64,000 nucleotides of DNA from Chthoniobacterales bacterium (lineage in GTDB: Bacteria > Verrucomicrobiota > Verrucomicrobiia > Chthoniobacterales > DASVRZ01). A program made the position numbers and the translations under genes. The notes under the pieces are model-generated. The model ran no database searches. It had not been told where the DNA came from and worked only from the letters and a program-made list of their open reading frames with translations. The first letter of the stretch is position 1, and each line of letters starts with the position of its first letter. Below are positions 14,183 through 23,506 of this stretch, in pieces. Location: NCBI GenBank assembly GCA_038228695.1, contig JBBRPA010000003.1, positions 25,775 to 89,774 on the forward strand, given 5' to 3'.

Positions 14183-16969
14183 TTACGAACCTGAGATGAC
14201 GACGTGAAGAAAACGAGCCGGTGCGGATTGGGTGTCACGGATGGTGATAACAGTTCGGTCCGTTTGGTTTAGCGCAGACGTTACGACGGGCGCTGCAAGT
14301 CCGTCTGAAGAGGTCCAAAGCGTGCTCCAAGTGGTCGGGGAGGCAAGCAAGCTAGTAGCCTCCACTTTGTAGGTAAGTCCGGGTGCGAATTTGCGAATGG
14401 GGAAGGTGATCTCAGCGAAGGTAGTCTGTCCGACGCAGACGGTGCTGAGACTGGGCCGGGCAGCAGAGCTTGCGGAATTAGGCAGCGTGAGGAAGCCAAA
14501 TTCGAGGAGGTTCACGATGCCGTCACGATCGGGGTCGGCACTGGTCGTGGCGTTCGCTCCGGTCAGGCTCAGGGAGGTGGCCCAACTGGAGAAGGTCTGG
14601 TTGACGGTGACGGTGATGGATTGAGATGCCGTCATTCCGTCCAAATCTGTCGCGGTCGCGGTAACGGTGGTGGTGCCGGGTCCAACAGGCGTGATGGTCA
14701 GGTTGCCGCTCACGATCGCAGCACTGGCGACGTTCGGGTTCGACGAATTGGCAGTGTACGCGAGGATCTGGGTGAGGGGAGTTGCTGAGACGATCGTCAT
14801 GATCTTGGTGTTATCCATCGTCGCGGGAACGTTCGCCGGACTGGCCACATTCATCGGCCATTGGAAGCCCTGATTGATCGTGCTGCCGGCCACGGAGATG
14901 TCGTAGGGCCCGCCTGGGGGAGCGGTCGCGGTGGCGTTGAGATTGGGTTTGGTAGATTCGCTGACGCGTCCAAAGACGGTGAAGGCGCCGTTGTTGGCAG
15001 ATTGGTCGAGGGCGGTGTTGATATCGGAGAGATTGAAATAGAACTGGCTGGTCGCGCTATCGGGGTTTCCGCCCTGCTTGGCCATGGCGATGGTGTAGCT
15101 GACGTTGGAAATACCCGGTTCATTAGCGATCGCGGTTTGCAGCGGAATTTCGCTGAAGGTGTTTGCGCCTGCGTTGGTCGGCTTGAATTGTCCGCCTTGG
15201 AGCACGACGAGGCCGCTGGCGATGTCGCTGATGCGGTGGAAAGTGGAGTTATTGTAGTCGCCACGGTTTACGTAGCCGAGGAAATTGGTCACCGTGCCGG
15301 GCGTTTCGGCGGGGTAAAGGAGAATGTCGATGTTGCCCTTGGTCGTGGCGAGGCGCACGGCGCTTTCCACGTCGGGATCGGAAAACTTGTCGCCCAAAGT
15401 GAAGGAGGCCGCTGCCTGCCCGGTGGTTAGCGTGAGCGTGGCGGGCAGGAGGGTGGCCGCGATCGGTGCGGTGGGTGGTCGAATAACGCGGAGCGTGAGT
15501 GTTTTCGTCGCGATCCATCCATCACTGAAAGTGGCGGTGAGGGTAACCGGGAAAAGACCGGACTGGGAGGGTGAACCAGTGATCGTTCCGCTGGTCGTGT
15601 TCAAGAAAAGGCCGTTGGGCAATCCGGTGGCGTTCCATCCGGTGGGCGAACTGCCGTTGGTCGTGGTGGCCTGGTAGGTGAAGGATTGTCCGTAGGTAAT
15701 CGGCTGGAAGGCGGCGCTGGTGAATACGTCCTTCGCTCGGACTGAGAGCGTGTTGCTACTGACGGATTCCACCACGGTGGCCGGCAGTGGAACGTTGCGT
15801 TGGTAAAAGGCTGTAACGAGAAAGTCGTAGAGAACACCGGGAGAGAGTCCGGCGACGGAGGCGGTCGTGGCGTTGGCTGCCGTAATGGAGTAGACGGTAT
15901 AGCTGCCGCTGCCAGAAACTCGATAATAGAGCGCGTAACCACTCTCGGCCTGCGAATTATCGACCCACGAGAGGCTGGCCTGTGTGGCGGTTACTGCCGT
16001 GGTGATAAGCCCTGTCGGCGCGGAGAAGGGGGTGGTGAGACTGGCGACGTTTGAGTAGCCGGAGTAGGTGCGCGGACTACCATTGTCATAGTAGGCGCGG
16101 ATGCGGAAATCATAGGCCGTCCCAGGTGAGAGGAGACTCAGAGCGTCGATGGTAGAAAAATCCCCCGCTGTCGCGAAGACAGAGAACATACCAGAGCCTG
16201 CAAGAGCATATTCGAGTTCGTAACCATTGTTTAAGGTGGTGTTGTCGGTGAAGGAGAAACGCGCGGAAGTTTCCAAGGGAGCAATGGGCGTCACCACCAA
16301 ACTGGTGGGGGCTGCAATGGAGGGCGTCGTCACGGAGACGGTGCTGGAATAGCCTGTCGTTGCGGTGGGAATCGCGGCGGTGCCCTTGAACCCACGGACT
16401 CGAAATTCGTAGGAAGTTCCCAGTGCAAGCCCGCTCAAGGTAAAACCTGTAAAGTTCTGTCCGGTAGAGCCCGCCACGGTGAACGTGCCGGACGGGAGTG
16501 TTCGATATTCCAGGAAATAGCCCGCTTCAGTGATCGCGTTGTCAACCCAGGTGACGAGAACGGAGCCGTTCGTTTGATTCTCCGCCGCGACAATATTTGG
16601 AGTGTTGAAGTCGTTGGTGACAATCGTGATCGTATTGCTGTAGGCAGATGCGTTGGTGTTTGTCGTAATGTAGGCCCGCACCGTGAAAGTGTAGGTGTGG
16701 CCGGCAGTGGGACTGAGATTAAGAAATACGGTGCCCGTGCCTGCGACAAAGCCAAGGGTAATCGTTCCGTTGGCGGTGCCATTGTCGGTCACAGCAACCT
16801 CGAAATTCGTCTCGTCGATGGAGTTGTCGTTCCAGATGAGCGTTAAGGCGGTGCCGGAAGTCACATAGCCCCGTAGGTTGGACGGCGCGTTTGGCGCGGC
16901 AAGGGCAACAGTGAGACTGCCGAGAAGGAGAAGGGCTGCCGTCCAGAACGGATGCAGGAATCGGGTCAT
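14183..16969 (-). CDS. large secreted multidomain protein: 4 FN3 repeats + Ig-like domains + cyclophilin-type peptidyl-prolyl isomerase domain + C-terminal DxDxDG/beta module
   Basis: Signal peptide MTRFLHPFWTAALLLLGSLTVALA (ATG 16969; the maximal ORF starts at GTG 16990). Four FN3-like repeats (LIWNDNS..TFTVRAY; VTWVDNA..YEFRVRGF; FSFTDNT..YDFRIRAY; LSWVDNS..YDFLVTAF). Cyclophilin motifs TVTNFLGYVNRGDYNNSTFHRI, YTIAMAKQGGNPDSATSQFYFNL and FTVFGRV. Confidence 0.85.
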   Translation of the reverse strand: MTRFLHPFWTAALLLLGSLTVALAAPNAPSNLRGYVTSGTALTLIWNDNSIDETNFEVAVTDNGTANGTITLGFVAGTGTVFLNLSPTAGHTYTFTVRAYITTNTNASAYSNTITIVTNDFNTPNIVAAENQTNGSVLVTWVDNAITEAGYFLEYRTLPSGTFTVAGSTGQNFTGFTLSGLALGTSYEFRVRGFKGTAAIPTATTGYSSTVSVTTPSIAAPTSLVVTPIAPLETSARFSFTDNTTLNNGYELEYALAGSGMFSVFATAGDFSTIDALSLLSPGTAYDFRIRAYYDNGSPRTYSGYSNVASLTTPFSAPTGLITTAVTATQASLSWVDNSQAESGYALYYRVSGSGSYTVYSITAANATTASVAGLSPGVLYDFLVTAFYQRNVPLPATVVESVSSNTLSVRAKDVFTSAAFQPITYGQSFTYQATTTNGSSPTGWNATGLPNGLFLNTTSGTITGSPSQSGLFPVTLTATFSDGWIATKTLTLRVIRPPTAPIAATLLPATLTLTTGQAAASFTLGDKFSDPDVESAVRLATTKGNIDILLYPAETPGTVTNFLGYVNRGDYNNSTFHRISDIASGLVVLQGGQFKPTNAGANTFSEIPLQTAIANEPGISNVSYTIAMAKQGGNPDSATSQFYFNLSDINTALDQSANNGAFTVFGRVSESTKPNLNATATAPPGGPYDISVAGSTINQGFQWPMNVASPANVPATMDNTKIMTIVSATPLTQILAYTANSSNPNVASAAIVSGNLTITPVGPGTTTVTATATDLDGMTASQSITVTVNQTFSSWATSLSLTGANATTSADPDRDGIVNLLEFGFLTLPNSASSAARPSLSTVCVGQTTFAEITFPIRKFAPGLTYKVEATSLLASPTTWSTLWTSSDGLAAPVVTSALNQTDRTVITIRDTQSAPARFLHVVISGS

Positions 16970-17177
16970 AGAGGAAACGGAAGAACGCACAATTTGCGGG
17001 GGGGGTGAGGCACCGTAGATACGAAACGGTCGCCGTCAACGACATCCTCCAATCGATTCGACGCGTCCTGAGCCTTGGCTCGATCGGCGTTGAGACACTC
17101 TGCGCGTCTGGGTGTTGCGACTGGGAAGGCTTTTTTCTGGCCTTTGCCAGAATGCAACAACAGGCTGGAAACCTTCC

Positions 17178-18161
17178 ATGACTCTCCATCGGCGCGCCTC
17201 GCTTTTTCTAATTCTCGCGACCACCGTGTGGGGGATGAGTTTTCCGCTGACCCGGGCTCTGGCTGCTTGCCAGTTGGCCAATCTTCCCGGGGTATCGAGT
17301 TGGTTTCTAACGTCGCTGACCATTTGCCTGCGCTTTGGAGTTTCTGGGCTTTGGATTCTTCTCGTCGTGCTTCGCGGACGCCTTCGGCCGACCCGGTCGG
17401 AATGGACTGAGGGCCTCGGCCTTGCCGTGTTCGCTAGCGGCGGAATTCTTTTTCAGAACGATGGGCTTTTTTACACGTCTGCGTCGGTCTCGGCGTTTCT
17501 GACCCAGGCTTATTGCGCGATTATTCCCATTTATACGATGCTGCGTTTGCGGAAAGCGCCGAAACTGGTTGAGATGCTCGCAGTGCTTCTCGTGCTCGCG
17601 GGAGTGGTCGTTCTTTCCGGTTTGAGTTGGCACGATCTGCGACTCGGAAGGGGAGAATTCGAGACGCTCATTAGTTCAGTCTTTTTCGCTGGGCAAATTC
17701 TCTGGCTAGAGCGGCCCGATTTCAAAGAAAACCGACCGGCAGTTTTTTCCACCGTTATGTTCCTCGGGATTGGGCTGATGATGCTGGTTTTCTCGCTGTT
17801 CACCGGACCGGTTGTAAGTGGTTTTAGCGAAGCCTTCCAAAGCGGCTCGAGCCTTTTCCTAGTGGGGGCGCTGACCTTGCTTTGCACGCTTTTCACTTTC
17901 AGCATGATGAATCATTGGCAACCGCATGTGACGGCGACGGAAGCGGGTCTGATCTACTGCATTGAGCCGGTCTTTGCGGCGTTTTTCGCCTTATTCTTAC
18001 CCGACTGGATCAGCCAGTGGAGTGGTTTGGCGTTGGCGAACGAATCCTTCACGCCGCCGCTTATTCTCGGAGGTTGCCTTATTCTAGCGGCAAACCTACT
18101 GGTGCTTTTCCCGCCGGAAAAGTGGGCCGTCCGGGACTCGAACCCGGAACCTAGTGATTAA
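17178..18161 (+). CDS. DMT-superfamily (EamA-like) transporter
   Basis: About 10 TM helices in a two-EamA-repeat-like layout. Start refined to MTLHRRASLFLILATTVWGMSFP (ATG 17178). The last 39 nt overlap the antisense tRNA-Lys gene. Confidence 0.7.
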   Translation: MTLHRRASLFLILATTVWGMSFPLTRALAACQLANLPGVSSWFLTSLTICLRFGVSGLWILLVVLRGRLRPTRSEWTEGLGLAVFASGGILFQNDGLFYTSASVSAFLTQAYCAIIPIYTMLRLRKAPKLVEMLAVLLVLAGVVVLSGLSWHDLRLGRGEFETLISSVFFAGQILWLERPDFKENRPAVFSTVMFLGIGLMMLVFSLFTGPVVSGFSEAFQSGSSLFLVGALTLLCTLFTFSMMNHWQPHVTATEAGLIYCIEPVFAAFFALFLPDWISQWSGLALANESFTPPLILGGCLILAANLLVLFPPEKWAVRDSNPEPSD

Positions 18162-18195
18162 GAGTCACGTGCTCTACCAATTGAGCTAACGACCC
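18123..18195 (-). tRNA. tRNA-Lys (anticodon CTT), CCA not encoded
   Basis: The reverse complement is GGGTCGTTAGCTCAATTGGTAGAGCACGTGACTCTTAATCACTAGGTTCCGGGTTCGAGTCCCGGACGGCCCA. Acceptor GGGTCGT/ACGGCCC, anticodon loop CTCTTAA, T-arm CCGGG-TTCGAGT-CCCGG. Confidence 0.9.
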
Positions 18196-18350
18196 GGTTG
18201 GCGCGGCTTTCCAAGCGCGGGGAGAGGTATTTTGCACGATCCATCCCACTCGGCAAGTGCTTTCGGGGTTTGGTTGCATTTGTAGGGCCGACGGAGGACG
18301 GGCTCGAACAGTTCTTTAAAGCGGCTGGTCCGCAAGCTGCTTTTAAGTAA

Positions 18351-18989
18351 TTGATGGATTATTCTCCCGCTTTCCTCTTCTTCGCGCTCATCGGGGCTGC
18401 CTCGCTCCAAGCGCAATCGATTGAGGGCAAAGTGCTATTACCCCCGGCACGCTCGGCGGAAGTAATTAATAAGCGGTATGAAATGAACGTCGATGCGAGC
18501 CTGATTGAGCCCGATCCTCCTCTGGCTGTAGTTTATCTCGAGGGGAAATTTCCTAGTCCTACGGGCCCGGCCACCGTTTCTATTCCGCAAAAGAATCTCC
18601 AGTTTTCCCGGTCGCTTTTGCCGGTTCTAGTCGGGACCAAAATCGAGTTTCCGAACGAGGACGACACCTACCACAATATTTTCTCATTTTCGAAGCCGAA
18701 GCGCTTTGATCTCGGTCGTTATCGCAAAGATGAGACTCCTGTTCCGTCTCAAACCTTCGATCAACCGGGTGTTGTGGTCTTGCATTGCGACATCCACGAA
18801 CACATGCGGGCAATCGTTCTCGTGCTGGAAACACCCCATTTTGCCCTCACCGACACCGCCGGAAATTATCAGCTGAAGAACCTTCCTTCGGGTCACTATC
18901 AACTTAAGGCCTGGCTGAACAACAAGAACATCATAATCCGCGAGGTAGATCTAAAGCCCGGCGTTCACCTGAAGATTGATTTCCCTTGA
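18351..18989 (+). CDS. periplasmic cupredoxin-like (MauL-type) protein with C-terminal carboxypeptidase-regulatory-like domain
   Basis: Signal peptide FLFFALIGAASLQAQS. Motifs IEFPNEDDTYHNIFSFSK and VVLHCDIHEHMRAIVLVLE supply a His/Cys/His/Met ligand pattern. C-terminal TDTAGNYQLKNLPSGHYQLKAW. Confidence 0.65.
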   Translation: MMDYSPAFLFFALIGAASLQAQSIEGKVLLPPARSAEVINKRYEMNVDASLIEPDPPLAVVYLEGKFPSPTGPATVSIPQKNLQFSRSLLPVLVGTKIEFPNEDDTYHNIFSFSKPKRFDLGRYRKDETPVPSQTFDQPGVVVLHCDIHEHMRAIVLVLETPHFALTDTAGNYQLKNLPSGHYQLKAWLNNKNIIIREVDLKPGVHLKIDFP

Positions 18990-21598
18990 ATGAAACCCTC
19001 GAACCTGCCGTTGGAAAACCTCGCCCGAGCTCTGCGGCGGGGTTCCGGCAGCGCGTGCTGATCGGGTTGATGGCAGTGGTGATCCTGGTCACCGGTCTAG
19101 CGCTGGTTTTGGTGCACCGCAATTTCCAGGAAGAGGCAACGCAAAGCGCCAACGACGACTTCCAAGCGCGACTGGGCTTTCTTCTTGGCTCCGCAGAGGC
19201 GCGTCGGTTGGCGGTGTCGCAACGGTGTGCGAGTCTTGCGCGCTCCGTGCGGATTCGGGCCGCTTTGGAGGAAGATTTGGTCGATGAACTTTATCTCAAT
19301 GCCCGGATCGAACTGCGCGAGGTTCTTGCCAGCAAGGAAACGGAGGATCGCTCGAAGGACTTGCGCGCGGTATTTTTCCGCTTCTTAAATGCCCGCGGAG
19401 AAGTTCTGCGGGAACCGGGCACCGTAGCTGAGGAGTGGGAGACGCAAATTCGCCCACCTTCGCCCAGCCACAGCTACCAACAGGTGGGTTTTGTCGAGGC
19501 CACGCTCCCGGGGGCACAGCCAGCGGTGTTCGAGGTCGTGACAACGGCTATGTTTGACACCGATGGGCAAATTGTCGGGGCGCTTGTGCTCGGTTTTCCC
19601 ACGCTTAAATTCACCACTAAGTCCGCTAGCCACGAACTCAAGAGCGGCATTTGGACGCGGGGACATTTGTTCATGTCGGAGGCGGGTGGCGTCGATCAAA
19701 AAGCCTTGAACACCGCAATCACCCATCTTGTGCGGCAAAACACTGCCGCGAGCGGCAGCTTCCAAGTCGAGGTCGGAGGCGAGCCGAATTTACTCTTTTA
19801 TAAAATTCTCAATCCCGGCTCCTCTTATGCGCCGGCTTATTCGTTTAGCCTCTACTCGCTTTCGGAATCGGTCACGCAGCGGACGCTTCTTAGTTGGAAC
19901 ATCGTTGGGCTCGCGGTCGTCATGTTGCTGGGAGGCTTGGTGGCGAGTCATTTCTTTGCCACAGGGCTGGCTCGCCCGATGGAGAAGCTCTTCCAAGATT
20001 CCGAGAAAAATCTCGCCCGCCGCGAGGAAGCGGAGGCAGCTCTCGTCCTTACCGAGCGCAAATACCAGAGTATCTTTGAGAACGCTGTGGAGGGCATTTT
20101 CCTGCTCGGAGCGGACGGCCGTTACCTGAGCGCCAACCCGGCCCTTGCCCGAATCTATGGCTACGAGTCGCCGGAGGAATTGATTGAAAAACTAACCGAT
20201 CCCGCGCAACAGCTTCATGTTTTGCCGGGGGAACGTGAGGCCTGGCTCCGATTGGTGGAGAGTGACGAGATGGTCTCCGGCTATGAGATGGAGATTCGCC
20301 GCACCAACGGAGAGCAGATCTGGGTCTCGCTAAACGCCCGGTGCGTGCGGGACGAGACCGGAAGCGTTTTGCAAATCGAGGGCACGGTCGAAGACATCAC
20401 CGAGCGGAGACAGTCTGCCAACGCGCTCGGCAGCCTCAACGCCGAGTTGCAGGTCGCATTGAAGGATCTCAAAAACACGCAGCAAACCGTTATCCAGCAG
20501 GAACGTTTGAGTGCACTCGGGCAGATGGCCAGCGGCATCGCCCACGACTTTAATAACGCCCTCATGCCCATCATGGGCTACACCGATCTCCTCATGGAAG
20601 TCCCCGGCCTCCTCGAAGATACCGAGAAATCCCGCACTTACCTCGACATCATCCGCACCGGCGCGAAGGACGCCTCTGCCGTCGTTTCCCGTCTCCGCGA
20701 GTTCTACCGCTCGAACGAACACAAAGAAATATTCGCTCCCGTCGATCTCCAGCATCTCACCCAGCAAGTCGTCGCCCTGACTCGTCCGAAATGGAAAGAT
20801 CAGGCCCAATCGCGCGGCGCCGATGTAAAAATCGTCACCCAACTCAACGCCGTCCCCACCATCGCGGGCGACGAAGCCGCCCTCCGCGAAGTCTTCACCA
20901 ACCTCATCTTTAACGCCGTGGACGCCATGCCCGACGGCGGCAAAATCACCCTCCGCACCCGCCATGAAGACGGACGCTCCTACGTCGAAGTCGCCGACAG
21001 CGGCACAGGTATGACCCCCGAAGTTCGTGCCCGCTGCCTCGAACCCTTCTTCTCCACCAAAGGCGAACGCGGCACTGGCCTCGGCCTCTCCATGGTCTTC
21101 GGCATCGTCCAACGTCACGACGGCCTCATCGACATCCAGAGCGAAGTGGGGAAGGGGACCACCTTTATTCTCAGCTTCCCCGTTAAACGCATGAGCTTCC
21201 TCACCGAGGAAGTCTCGGAAAAAATCCAAACCCCGCGACACCTCCACATTCTCAGCGTCGAAGACGAACCCGAAATCCGCGAGCTCATTTCCGAGTTCCT
21301 GCAAAGCGAAGGCCACACCGTCGATACCGCCTGCAATGGACTTGAAGGCGTCTCCCGCTTCGAAAACGGCCGCTACGACCTCGTCCTCACCGACCGCGCC
21401 ATGCCCGGCATGAACGGCAACCAGCTCGCCGCTGCCATCAAAAAACGCTCTCCGAAAACTCCCATCGTCCTCATCAGCGGCTTCAACTCCGCAGCCGAAA
21501 ACGAGCAAATTCCCTGTGTGGACATCGTCGCCGGCAAACCCATTACCATGGCCGCCCTCCGCAACATCATCAGCCAGGCCATGATGCTCGTCCTCTAA
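18986..21598 (+). CDS. hybrid sensor histidine kinase (2 TM + ~270-aa periplasmic domain, PAS, HisKA, HATPase_c, C-terminal receiver)
   Basis: PAS region YQSIFENAVEGIFLLGADGRYLSANPA. H-box LSALGQMASGIAHDFNNAL. N/G boxes FTNLIFNAVDAM, DSGTGM and GTGLGLSMV. Receiver HILSVEDEPEIRE...DLVLTDRAMPGMNG. The annotated start is TTG and overlaps the upstream stop; the start is uncertain. Confidence 0.9.
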   Translation: MNETLEPAVGKPRPSSAAGFRQRVLIGLMAVVILVTGLALVLVHRNFQEEATQSANDDFQARLGFLLGSAEARRLAVSQRCASLARSVRIRAALEEDLVDELYLNARIELREVLASKETEDRSKDLRAVFFRFLNARGEVLREPGTVAEEWETQIRPPSPSHSYQQVGFVEATLPGAQPAVFEVVTTAMFDTDGQIVGALVLGFPTLKFTTKSASHELKSGIWTRGHLFMSEAGGVDQKALNTAITHLVRQNTAASGSFQVEVGGEPNLLFYKILNPGSSYAPAYSFSLYSLSESVTQRTLLSWNIVGLAVVMLLGGLVASHFFATGLARPMEKLFQDSEKNLARREEAEAALVLTERKYQSIFENAVEGIFLLGADGRYLSANPALARIYGYESPEELIEKLTDPAQQLHVLPGEREAWLRLVESDEMVSGYEMEIRRTNGEQIWVSLNARCVRDETGSVLQIEGTVEDITERRQSANALGSLNAELQVALKDLKNTQQTVIQQERLSALGQMASGIAHDFNNALMPIMGYTDLLMEVPGLLEDTEKSRTYLDIIRTGAKDASAVVSRLREFYRSNEHKEIFAPVDLQHLTQQVVALTRPKWKDQAQSRGADVKIVTQLNAVPTIAGDEAALREVFTNLIFNAVDAMPDGGKITLRTRHEDGRSYVEVADSGTGMTPEVRARCLEPFFSTKGERGTGLGLSMVFGIVQRHDGLIDIQSEVGKGTTFILSFPVKRMSFLTEEVSEKIQTPRHLHILSVEDEPEIRELISEFLQSEGHTVDTACNGLEGVSRFENGRYDLVLTDRAMPGMNGNQLAAAIKKRSPKTPIVLISGFNSAAENEQIPCVDIVAGKPITMAALRNIISQAMMLVL

Positions 21599-21611
21599 AA
21601 AAGCCACTGCC

Positions 21612-22841
21612 ATGATCGCGCCTGCCCTCCGCCCCTTCCTCGCTCTCTGTCTGGCTCTTCTGCTTGCACCCGTCCTCCACGCTCAGGACGACTGGCTCGA
21701 TGATGTTTCCCGTCACTTGGTTATTGGCACCCCCGACGGAAAGGCCAGCGCCCGCATCAGCGGATTGCTCGACCTCGAGGCTTACTCATTTCGTCAGCCC
21801 GCCCCCGGCCTGATCTACGCCCCGGGCCACTCTCTCTTCACCCCGCGGCTCTCGCTTTTTCTCGACGCCCAGCTTGGCTCTCAGCTTTACTTTTTTGCTC
21901 AGACCCGCTTCGACCGCAGTTTCGATCCATCGCATAAAGATATCCAGGTGCGCCTCGACGAATACGCCCTGCGCTGGAACGTCCTCGACCATGCCCGGTT
22001 GAATATCCAGATCGGCAAATTCGCCACCGTCGCCGGCAACTGGAACGCTCGTCATCTCTCGTGGGATAACCCCTTCATCTCTGCCCCGCTTCCTTACGAA
22101 AACCTCACCAGCATCTGGGACAACGCTGCCGTCGATGTTTCCGGCACCCTCGTCGATTGGAACACCTCCGAACACATCATCCGCGTCCCCATCATCTGGG
22201 GCCCTAGCTACGCCAGCGGTGCCTCTGTTTCCGGCCGCCTTGGTGACTTTGAGTATGCCGCCGAAATCAAAAATGCCTCACTCTCCTCGCGACCTGAAGC
22301 TTGGACCCTGACCAATGTTGGCTTCCAGCATCCCACCTACAGCGGACGCCTCAACTGGCGTCCCGACATGGCCTGGAACCTCGGCTTTTCGGCCAGCACC
22401 GGCTCCTACCTATTACCGGAAGCCAAATCTACCCTCCTCCCCGGCAAAGGACTCGACGATTACCGCCAAATTCTCCTCGGACAGGACGTGAGTTTTGAAT
22501 GGCACCACTGGCAGGTCTGGGCCGAAGTCTTTGAAACTCGCTTCGAAATCCCCGGTGTGGGCAATGCCGACACGCTCGCCTACTACATCGAGAGCAAATA
22601 CAAATTCAGCCCGGAATTCTTCGGCGCTCTACGTTGGAACCAACAGGTCTTCAATAAATTTCAGAGCTACACCGGCGAAAACGTTCCTTGGACCGACGAC
22701 ACTTGGCGCATCGACGCGGCTTTGACTTGGCGTTTTAGCCCGCACATTCAAGCCAAAGCCCAATACAGCTACCTCCACATGGACGGCCCCTCGAATGCCA
22801 CCCAAGACATCTTCGCCGGCCAGATCACCGTAAAATTTTAG
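21612..22841 (+). CDS. outer-membrane beta-barrel (porin-like) protein
   Basis: Signal peptide LALCLALLLAPVLHAQD, alternating beta-strand pattern, and a C-terminal aromatic residue (...GQITVKF). Starts 14 nt after the kinase stop. Confidence 0.6.
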   Translation: MIAPALRPFLALCLALLLAPVLHAQDDWLDDVSRHLVIGTPDGKASARISGLLDLEAYSFRQPAPGLIYAPGHSLFTPRLSLFLDAQLGSQLYFFAQTRFDRSFDPSHKDIQVRLDEYALRWNVLDHARLNIQIGKFATVAGNWNARHLSWDNPFISAPLPYENLTSIWDNAAVDVSGTLVDWNTSEHIIRVPIIWGPSYASGASVSGRLGDFEYAAEIKNASLSSRPEAWTLTNVGFQHPTYSGRLNWRPDMAWNLGFSASTGSYLLPEAKSTLLPGKGLDDYRQILLGQDVSFEWHHWQVWAEVFETRFEIPGVGNADTLAYYIESKYKFSPEFFGALRWNQQVFNKFQSYTGENVPWTDDTWRIDAALTWRFSPHIQAKAQYSYLHMDGPSNATQDIFAGQITVKF

Positions 22842-22888
22842 AAGCCGCAAAAAGGTCTGGAACGACAAAAGCACCATCTGAAAGCAGC

Positions 22889-23068
22889 GGCACTCTGGCG
22901 AGGCCGCCTGGCAGCCTGACGATTGGCTTCGGCACCCTAACCACAAGCCTCTCGGCACCCCGACGACAGCACCCGGCAGCTTGCCAGACGTCCTCGACAT
23001 ACTGCCGGGTGTCATCGCTAGGCTGCCGGATAGCCCCGCCAGAGTGCCGAAACCTCCCGCCAGAGTGG
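22889..23068. repeat. ~180-bp GC-rich imperfect palindrome with embedded short direct repeats (intergenic)
   Basis: GGCACTCTGGCG (22889-22900) pairs with CGCCAGAGTGCC (23037-23048). TGGCAGCCTGACGAT pairs with ATCGCTAGGCTGCCG. ACCCGGCAG (22971-79) pairs with CTGCCGGGT (23002-10). Direct repeats are TCGGCACCC x2 (22929, 22952) and CCCGCCAGAGTG x2 (23035, 23056). Confidence 0.45.
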
Positions 23069-23320
23069 AGCGGGATTTCGCCACAAAAACGCCGACGCCC
23101 GGTTGACAATTGATCGGTTCTTTTCTTTAACCGTTTCGTAACGTTTATTCAGTAGGCGATGTCTTTAAGATGCGGTTTAGTGAGATTCGTCTTGCACGCT
23201 AATAATCCCCTCGTTTCCAAACTCCTTGCGGTTGTCCCGATATGGTGGACGTAATGGGGGACGCGGGGTAGATCTTGTCGCTGCTCGACAGACGGACTAT
23301 TTCATCCTATTTATTGGTCC

Positions 23321-23506
23321 ATGAGCACGAAGCAAATTGTCACGGACCTCCTCCGGAAGCTCCCCGAGAATGTGTCGTTGCATGAGGTGGCCCAAGAGAT
23401 CGAGTTTATCGCCGGGGTGCGCGAGGGTCTGGCCGAGATTGAGCGTGGCGAGCGCATCCCCATCGAGGATGTCGAACGTGAGTTGCCGTCATGGGTTATC
23501 AGGTAG
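23321..23506 (+). CDS. putative antitoxin of a ParE-type toxin-antitoxin pair (61 aa)
   Basis: Small acidic ORF overlapping the downstream ParE-like toxin gene by 16 nt. Its family is not confidently recognised (not an obvious RHH ParD). Confidence 0.55.
   Translation: MSTKQIVTDLLRKLPENVSLHEVAQEIEFIAGVREGLAEIERGERIPIEDVERELPSWVIR

Noticed and set aside
10065-18195. tRNA-Ser and tRNA-Lys as possible integration sites of a genomic island.
   Set aside because: No integrase, no direct repeats of the tRNA 3' ends and no compositional break were seen next to either tRNA.
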